DNA from: Eledone cirrhosa
Lineage: Eukaryota
NCBI GenBank assembly: GCA_964016885.1
Contig: OZ024757.1
Location: forward strand, 37,572,001 to 37,636,000
DNA length: 64,000 nucleotides
Direction: 5' to 3'
Made by a program: the position numbers and the translations under genes. Each line of letters opens with the position of its first letter. Within the stretch, counting starts at the first letter, position 1. The notes beneath the pieces are model-generated. The model searched no databases, was not told the DNA's origin, and saw only the letters and a list, made by a program, of their open reading frames with translations. Of the stretch, positions 53,407-64,000 are shown in pieces.

Positions 53407-54143
53407 TTATATAATAATACACTCCCTTCCCTTTTTATCTTCCGCATATAAATGATCACGCGTGTGTGTTTATAAGCGTGCTTTCATCCTTGTATGTGTA
53501 TATATTTAATACCTAAATCTGGATGTACATTATTTTCCAACTTATATTATATACGTATTGGTCACACATACACTATTATGCTTGCCCTCATATACGCGCT
53601 TACGCACATAAACATTTTCACTATACACATGCATTTGTACATACACACATATGTACATTTGTGAGTGAATATATACACATTTATACACATACCCTAACTA
53701 TATTTCCTTAATTTTTATATATCTTTTGCTTTATATTTTTTTGGCCCGTTAAACTCTTGTCTTTCTTGAGGAGATTTTTCAAATATTTCACTGTTTTAAA
53801 TTGCCTTGTCCGATGAACAAATGAGGACGTTTTTCGTATTCGTCTTATTCGGGAAACCTCTGTTAATGAGGTAATTATAGTGTATTGTTTATTACACATT
53901 ATATTTAGCTCTGGTACTTACATAGAGCACTTTTCACTCCTATGACTTTTTCAACTGAAACTTCAATACTTATATATATATATATATATATATTTGTATA
54001 TATGTATGTTTATATCTGTATATATGTATATATCTGTATGTATATATGTATGTATATATTTGTATGTATATATGTATATTTGTATGCATGTATATAATAT
54101 ATATATATATATATATTTGTATATATTTGTATGCATGTATATA

Positions 54144-54185
<42 letters not shown>

Positions 54186-54414
54186 TATATACACACACAC
54201 ATACACACGTCGTTGGTTGAACAGTTAAGGCGTCCGTGGCTAGTAACCTAAGAAAGTAATATGAAATAGCGACAACAACTCCAACATCATCATCAGCAAC
54301 TACAGAGATGTTTAAAATAGATGTATAAGTTGAGTTGGATGAGTAACATGTTATAAGACAGAGGTTCCTAGTAGTTGGTTCAATACCAAGGAACTCCCTT
54401 TTATTTTTCGCCCA

Positions 54415-54675
54415 CTTATTCCTGAGAAGGTCGTGGGGGCAGCAGAGTCCTCAAACACTCCTTCCAACATCTCGTTTCAGAAGCAACCATCTCCAACTGA
54501 TCCGGCTGAATCTCCATGTGAGACAAGCGAAGCTCATGGATGTTATCCAACCATCTTGCTCAGGGTCTACCCCTGGATCAATTGCCGCTTATTCTTTCAT
54601 GAAAGATTCTAACCATATACCCATAGTATCGGAGTTGTGATCTCTCAATTCGGGGAAATGGCGGCTCTACCTGAA
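54415..54675 (-). mobile_element. Decayed RTE-clade LINE 3' fragment
   Basis: Reverse-complement homology to 33025-33305, e.g. GAGCAAGATGGTTGGATAAC and GGAGTGTTTGAGGACTCTG. Confidence 0.78.
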
Positions 54676-55011
54676 CTACATTTAAATGAATTCTCCCATT
54701 TTAGAACAAAATCCTTCTAATATAGAAGCTAACGTAACGGACTCTTCGGCATACGGTCTCTTTTCGAGGCTGTGATTTATGAGTGACATGCCCATACTTA
54801 TATACGAATCTCACCTCAAGAGTTAAGCTGATTATAAAGGTGTGATGGTACAGCTGTGAAATCTTGCATGCAATAATTTCAACTCTTCTTATTCATAACT
54901 TTATTTCTTTCTATGGACTATATGTATGTTGATAAATATAACTCATTTGGTCTTTCCATGAGAGTATCTCGGTCAGCTTACGGTTATTTCAACCGACCCA
55001 CACATATATAT

Positions 55012-55149
55012 AACGAAGGAAGTGTGGTAAGGAACTAGGTGGACCAAAACGCACCAGAGTACTCTATACTTAGAGTAGTAGAGTGGGTAATAGGAAAATG
55101 GTCAAGACCCCGACGGCGTGAGCTCTGCCGTCGAGGTCTTGAACATGTT

Positions 55150-55153
<4 letters not shown>
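55012..55153 (-). mobile_element. PLE family A tail + hairpin folded at the GAGCTC loop
   Basis: TCAAGACCCCGACGGC-GTGAGCTCT-GCCGTCGAGGTCTTGA, flanked by TA. Confidence 0.88.
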
Positions 55154-55197
<44 letters not shown>

Positions 55198-55976
55198 CCA
55201 TCCCAAAACACAACTGCATAAATGCAACTCTGCACTGCAACGCTATTTTCTTCCGAACTCCTGTCAGCCATTGTAACTACCAAAAGCGAAAAGTAAAACT
55301 TCCTACTGCAAAGCATACAAGTGCGGCTAGAAAATTAAAAATTAGCTGTGGTGGTCAAAATGAGATTTCGTTATGGACGAATACTAAATTGAATTATTGT
55401 AAAAGACAGCACAAATAGTTGTAACGCTATCAGAATAGTTTCGCTTTTCCCAATACATATTTTATATAGCTAACGACCTTCCTCGCAAATTCGTTGCAAC
55501 ATTGCAAACTCAAAATTACTTTTAGATTACTCAGGGGATACATATATACATGTGATTGATGATACACATATATATATATATAATTAAGTGCATATATATA
55601 TGAGTATGTGTGTATATATATATATATACTAGCGCATAAATGTGTTTGTGTGTGCATGCATAAACAAAAACGTATATACATACACATATGTGTGTGTATG
55701 TCTCTTTCTCTCTCACAATATCTATATATCAATATAGACACATACACACAGATATAATTACTTGTATGTGTGTGTATATATATATATATATATATGAATA
55801 GATATTTGTATATATATATATATAGATATTTGTATATATATATCTCTATGTATATATAGTCACACACACATTAACCCCCTTCATACACACATACATATAT
55901 ATATATATTCATTTAATTAAGACTAAATAGTGAGTCTTATTACTCTGAAATTACGACTGTTTACCTGAGAGAGAGA

Positions 55977-57120
55977 CACACACAGACACACACAGACACA
56001 CACAGACACACACAGACACACACAGACACACACAGACACACACAGACACACACAGACACACACAGACACACACATACACACACAGACACACACAGACAGA
56101 CACAGACACACACAGACAGACACAGACAGACACAGACAGACACAGACAGACACAGACAGACACAGACAGACACAGACAGACACAGACAGACACAGACAGA
56201 CACAGACAGACACAGACAGACACAGACAGACACAGACAGACACAGACAGACACAGACAGACACAGACAGACACAGACAGACACAGACAGACACAGACAGA
56301 CACAGACAGACACAGACAGACACAGACAGACACAGACAGACACAGACAGACACAGACAGACACAGACAGACACAGACAGACACAGACAGACACAGACAGA
56401 CACAGACAGACACAGACAGACACAGACAGACACAGACAGACACAGACAGACACAGACAGACACAGACAGACACAGACAGACACAGACAGACACAGACAGA
56501 CACAGACAGACACAGACAGACACAGACAGACACAGACAGACACAGACAGACACAGACACAGACACACAGACACAGACACACAGACACACAGACACACAGA
56601 CACACAGACACAGACACACAGACACAGACACACAGACACACACACACAGACACACAGACACAGACACACAGACACACACACACAGACACACACACACAGA
56701 CACACACACACAGACACACAGACACAGACACACAGACACAGACACACACAGACACACACACACAGACACACAGACACAGACACACAGACACACAGACACA
56801 CAGACACACAGACACACAGACACACAGACACAGACACACAGACACAGACACACAGACACAGACACACAGACACACAGACACAGACACACAGACACACAGA
56901 CACAGACACACAGACAGACACACACAGACAGACACACACACAGACAGACACACACAGACAGACACACACACAGACAGACACACACAGACAGACACACACA
57001 CAGACAGACACACACACAGACAGACACACACACAGACAGACACACACAGACAGACAGACAGACACAGACAGACAGACAGACAGACAGACACACACAGACA
57101 GACAGACGCACACACGCACA
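55977..57120. repeat. (CACAGACAGA)n/(CA)n compound satellite
   Basis: Directly visible. Confidence 0.96.
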
Positions 57121-57124
57121 CACT

Positions 57125-57325
57125 GAGGTTTTTTTACAAAATGAAAAATAACCAAGGTCTCCTACACGAGTGAAAGTATAAAGAAAGAAAGATGAAATCG
57201 AAAATGCAACTGCAGTCTTGTTTTTAAAAAATATATATATTTATTTATTTGGTTCCTTTACCGGTTTCGCAGTTCTTCTGCTTTTCAAACGTAGAGTTGA
57301 GATGGAGGGTCTGTGGTTTTTCTCA
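57125..57325 (-). mobile_element. Family G repeat, second copy, with a U3-A8 hammerhead motif (57255-57291)
   Basis: Minus strand: UUGAAAA-GCAG-AAGAA-CUGC-GAAA-CCGG-UA|AAGG. Perfect 4-bp stem II. Confidence 0.7.
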
Positions 57326-57537
57326 TATATATATATATATATATATAATTGTTTATTTCTATATTTGCGTGTGGGTATTATTCATAGGTTTCCTGGTAAG
57401 GGCCGTTTTGGTTTCTCCGATATCAGAGGTTCTATGTACGTCCTGTAAAGTTTATCACAAGTTTTGAAGCGCGAAACTAACAGTCTGTATTAAAGCATAT
57501 ATATTTCTTATACTTTTATTTATCGGGGATCATTATT

Positions 57538-57661
57538 TGCCATTCTGAGTTCAAATCCCGCCAAGGTTAACTTTGCCTTTCATCCTTACGTGGTCGATAA
57601 AATAAAGTACCAGTAATGCACTGGGTAATTGCTGGCCTTGTGCCAAACGTAGAAACAATTA
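57538..57661 (+). mobile_element. 5'-truncated SINE copy
   Basis: CTGAGTTCAAATCCCGCC...GCCTTTCATCCTTACG...GTAGAAACAATT. Confidence 0.88.
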
Positions 57662-57693
57662 TTTCATAACAAGAAACAATTCCAGGGAAATAT

Positions 57694-57728
<35 letters not shown>

Positions 57729-57730
<2 letters not shown>

Positions 57731-57908
57731 CGAAGGAAATGTGGTAAGGAACCAGATGGACCATAACACACCAAAGTACTCAATACTTAGGGTAGTAGAG
57801 TGGGTAATAGGAACAAGTATGACCCCGACGGCAGAGCTCAAGCCGTTTCGTCCAGAATTAGCAGTCGAAACGGCTTGAGCTCTGCCGTCGGGGTCATACT
57901 TGTTCCTA
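57729..57908 (-). mobile_element. PLE family A hairpin+tail insertion
   Basis: Tail plus arms 57808-57850 and 57866-57908, flanked by (TA)n. Confidence 0.9.
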
Positions 57909-58134
57909 TATATATTGCACATATACGTACACATATATATAATGAATGTCTTTATTTGGAAGTTACACTAGTGGTGTCTTATACAAACTGTCAATTTGAA
58001 TGAGCCCCCGCTGGCGAAACTCCACAGTATCTGTCATCATTCTTATAATAAATATTTCACCCTACACATCTATTGGATCCACTGTTCACGTAATATATGT
58101 TGTCTGTATTTCTTTTAAAATACTTATCCTTATG

Positions 58135-58193
<59 letters not shown>

Positions 58194-58287
58194 GCAGATG
58201 TATGCACACACAATCTCTCTCTTATATATATAAATATATACATATAGATATGTGTGTGTGTGTATACACACAAACACGCACACGCAC

Positions 58288-58320
<33 letters not shown>

Positions 58321-58610
58321 CACACATATATATAGACATAATATATATATATATACAAACATATATATGTATATATACATATATATATATATGTATATAT
58401 ACATATATATATATATGTATATATACATATATATATATATGTATATATACATATATATGTACATATATATATATACATATATATATACAAACATAGATAT
58501 ATATATATATACATATATATATACAAACATAGATATATATATATATACATATATATACAAACATACATATATGTATATATATATATATACAAACATATAT
58601 ATATATATAC

Positions 58611-58682
<72 letters not shown>

Positions 58683-58684
58683 CG

Positions 58685-58744
58685 TAAGTATTGAGTACTT
58701 TGGTGCGTTATGGTCCACCTGGTTCCTTACCACTTTCCCTCGCT
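58685..58744 (+). mobile_element. PLE family A tail-only copy
   Basis: TAAGTATTGAGTACTTTGGTGCGTTATGGTCCACCTGGTTCCTTACCAC within (TA)n. Confidence 0.88.
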
Positions 58745-58764
58745 ATATATATATATATATACAA

Positions 58765-58807
<43 letters not shown>

Positions 58808-58912
58808 AACATACATATATATATATATATACAAACATACATATATATATATATATATACAAACATACATATATATATATATATATATACAAACATACAC
58901 ATATATATATAT

Positions 58913-58947
<35 letters not shown>

Positions 58948-58950
58948 CAA

Positions 58951-58995
<45 letters not shown>

Positions 58996-59205
58996 TATAT
59001 ACATGCATAGACATACATACATATATCGATATGTATGTATGTATATTTTGTATTAGACACTTCTGTTCCTTTACAGACATGTGAAAGTTAATATTGTATA
59101 TATGAATGAGGTGACATTGCTGTTCGACTAATAAAGACTGCCTATATTAAAACACGTCTTTCAATTACTGTAACACACACACACACTCACACACTCACAC
59201 ACACT

Positions 59206-59262
<57 letters not shown>

Positions 59263-59644
59263 ACTCACACACACTCACACACAAACTCACTCATGTACAC
59301 TTGTGTGTGTGTGTGGATCTGTCTCACTGTGTGTGTGTATGCGCTTGTATATGTGTGTATATATATGTGTATGTGCTTGTATGTGTGTGTCTATATATAC
59401 ACACATATACAAGCACAAACGTACATATATATGCTTCTGTGTGTTTGTATGTGTGTGGATCTTCCTAGTTTTTTTCTGTGTGTATGTATGTATGTATGTA
59501 TGTATGTATGTGTGTATATGTATATGTATATATGTGTGTATGTATATATACATGTGTGAGCGTGTGTGTGTATATATATATAACCCCCCCCCATATATAT
59601 GATATAGATTACTCAGGGGATACATATATACATATGATTGATGA

Positions 59645-60715
59645 TATATATATATATATAATATATATATGTATATATACATATATACATATATATGTAT
59701 ATATACATATATATGTATATATACATATATATATATATGATATATATAGATATATATGTATATATATATATATGATATATATATGATATAGATATATATG
59801 TATATATATATATATATGATATATATATGATATATATATAGTATATATATATATATGATATAGTATATATATATATATATGATATATATATATAGTATAT
59901 ATATATATATGATATAGTATATATATATATATATGATATATATATGATATATATATATAGTATATATATATATATGATATAGTATATATATATATATATA
60001 GTATATATATATATATATATGATATATATATGATATATATATATAGTATATATATATATATGATATAGTATATATATATATATGATATAGTATATATATA
60101 TATATGATATAGTATATATATATATATGATATAGTATATATATATATATATATGATATAGTATATATATATATGATATAGTATATATATATATATATGAT
60201 ATATATATATATATATGATATATATAGTATATATATATATATATATGATATATATATATATAATATATATATGTATATATACATATATATAATATATATA
60301 TGATATATATATATGGTATATATAATATATATATGATATATATATATAGTATATATATATATAGTATATATATATATAGTATATATATATTTAGTATATA
60401 TATATATATATGATATATATATATATAATATATATATGTATATATACATATATATATTATATATATATATATATATATAGTATATATATATATATATATA
60501 TGATGTATATATACATATATATCATATATATATATAATATATATATGTATATATACATATATATATTATATATATATATATATATAGTATATATATATAT
60601 ATATGATGTATATATACATATATATCATATATATATATATAATATATATGATATATATATATAATATATATGTATATATACATATATATATGTATATATA
60701 CACATATATATAATA

Positions 60716-60747
<32 letters not shown>

Positions 60748-60830
60748 AAATATATACATATATATATATGTATATATAAAATATATACATATATATGTAT
60801 ATATACATATAAAATATATATACATATATA
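59645..60830. repeat. (TA)n array with TATGATATAG interruptions
   Basis: Directly visible. Confidence 0.95.
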
Positions 60831-61129
60831 AATTCACACACACACATGCCTATGTATACACGTGCAAGCATATCTATACACTCTTACTTCCATTTGTAGA
60901 ATATTTCCATATATTTACATACGTACACTTTCTTTTCCTGTCTACTAACTAACACTCTTGTCTCTTATTTAGTCTTAGCCATGGTATCTTCTAGAACAAT
61001 CTCTCAACTTCATTATTATATTCCAAATTACTTCCGAAAAAATACCTCTAAATAATGTTGAACACTCATTTTCTTCACAAGGAACAGAATAATTTAAAAT
61101 AATTTTAATTTGCGCTTTTGTGTCTACAA

Positions 61130-62280
<1,151 letters not shown>

Positions 62281-62359
62281 AAGGTAAGTACATATATATA
62301 CCTAATCACAGGTGTGTGTGTCTAACTATATTTATACGTATCGTATTTAAAAAATGGCA

Positions 62360-62778
62360 TATAAACTACACAAAAGCTACATATAAACTACACAAAAGCT
62401 ACATATAAGCTACACATAAACTACACAAAAGCTAAATATAAGCTACATATAAACTACATATAAACTACATATAAACTACATATAAACTACACATAAGCTA
62501 CATATAAGATACACAGAAGCTACATATAAACTACATAAAAGCTACATATAAACTACACAAAAGCTACATATAAACTACACATAAGCTACAAATAAACTAC
62601 ACAAAAGCTACATATAAACTACACATAAGCTACATATAAACTACACAAAAGCTACATAGAAACTACACAAAAGCTACATATAAACTACACAAAAGCTACA
62701 TATAAACTACACAAAAGCTACATATAAGCTAGACATAAGCTACATATAAGCTACACAAAAGCTACATATAAACTACAT
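62360..62778. repeat. 12-bp minisatellite (ATAAACTACAC/AAAAGCTACAT variants)
   Basis: Directly visible. Confidence 0.92.
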
Positions 62779-62999
62779 GTTTTTTGCCGTCAGTTTTTAG
62801 TATTTAACATTTATTGAAATATACAGATGAAGTCGAGCAAATAAAAATCGGTTAAAATAGGCGAGTAAACATCAGAAAAGAAATGTCTTTTTAAATACCA
62901 ATACTTCTGTAATATGTAAAAAAGTAGATTAGTTATAATAGAATACATTTGTAACAAGCTTCTTGTAGACATAAAACATACAGGTAGGATAGAATATTT

Positions 63000-63055
<56 letters not shown>

Positions 63056-63097
63056 GCATATATAAGGTAAAGTCACACACATACATACACACACGCA

Positions 63098-63157
<60 letters not shown>

Positions 63158-63379
63158 TATATAAGATAAAGACACACACACACACAGACATATATATATA
63201 AAAGTGCGTTTACTATTCCCGAATCCAGGAAGACCGACGTTTTACACGTAAATATACAAAGGCTTTAATACTATAGATAGGCAGACATACAGAGAGATAG
63301 ATATATAGATAGAGGAAGATTCATATATATAGATATATTTCTTTATTTGTCACAGGCAGACAAACAGAGATAAACATGT

Positions 63380-63410
<31 letters not shown>

Positions 63411-63414
<4 letters not shown>

Positions 63415-63585
63415 ACCCCGACGGCAGATCTCAAGCCGGTTTCGACTGCTATTTCTGGACCGTCGAAACGGCTTGAGCTCTGCCGTCGGGGTCATACTTT
63501 TTCCTATAACCCACTCTACTACCTTAAGTATTGAGTACTCTGGTGCGTTATGGTCCATTTGGTTCCTTACCACATCTCCTTCGTC
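63411..63585 (+). mobile_element. PLE family A hairpin+tail insertion
   Basis: An inverted GGACCCCGACGGCAGA...TTTCGACTGCTATTTCTGGA is joined to the sense CCGTCGAAACGGCTTGAGCTCTGCCGTCGGGGTC plus tail; (TA)n on both sides. Confidence 0.9.
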
Positions 63586-63839
63586 ATATATATATATATA
63601 TATATATATATGGTTATCATTTATTTTTTATCATTTATTTTGTTTTGACCTGTTTAGCTTGATTTGTTTTTTGGCTTGGGTGGTTAATGCCTTCTTGACC
63701 ACTTTTTCAGTTTTGTGTGGCTTCTTAACACATTGTTTAGCTCTGGTTTTTAACTATTGAGCACTTTGCCAGTGTCATTTCTGATTTTTGCGTTTCGTTT
63801 CGCCTTTCCTGCCCGCCGAAATGTGATTCTCGCTGAATC

Positions 63840-63882
<43 letters not shown>

Positions 63883-64000
63883 TATACATATAAATATACG
63901 GGATAACAAATTATTGTTATAGGTAGTCCACTTAGATGTAGTCCAGTTAGGTTACTCTGAGTAGTGGATAGTATCAACACTTGGCTAAGTTTGACTCAAC

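Noticed and set aside
60975-61123. Possible minus-strand exon [21 protein letters not shown]...
   Set aside because: Weak acceptor, no recognisable homology, and too short to support without transcript data.

Overview
Eukaryotic (animal) DNA that is very AT-rich and saturated with microsatellites. The SINE families and (TA)n load suggest a cephalopod such as Octopus (inference). Almost all ORFs in the track are simple-repeat artefacts. The only plausible host coding segment is a minus-strand terminal exon encoding 17 copies of a 23-aa Thr/Asn-rich mucin-like repeat (2903-4127). The main hidden structure is a dense set of Penelope-like retroelement (PLE) derivatives inserted into (TA)n tracts. 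One is a young 2.2-kb copy with a C-terminal GIY-YIG endonuclease and an inverted terminal repeat (40948-43148). About 20 others are short 'hairpin + tail' insertions from several unrelated families. Many carry type I hammerhead ribozyme motifs, folded here by eye. Two unrelated families have a compensatory U3-A8 core (UUGAGAA, UUGAAAA) instead of canonical C3-G8 (CUGANGA), and inversion junctions cluster inside the ribozyme. Also present: tRNA-derived SINEs (one with a 14-bp TSD), decayed RTE and CRE-like LINE fragments, a 4.7-kb CpG-rich 10/11-bp-periodic satellite containing a 156-bp-arm hairpin, and many minisatellites. No CRISPR, rRNA or true tRNA genes were seen.
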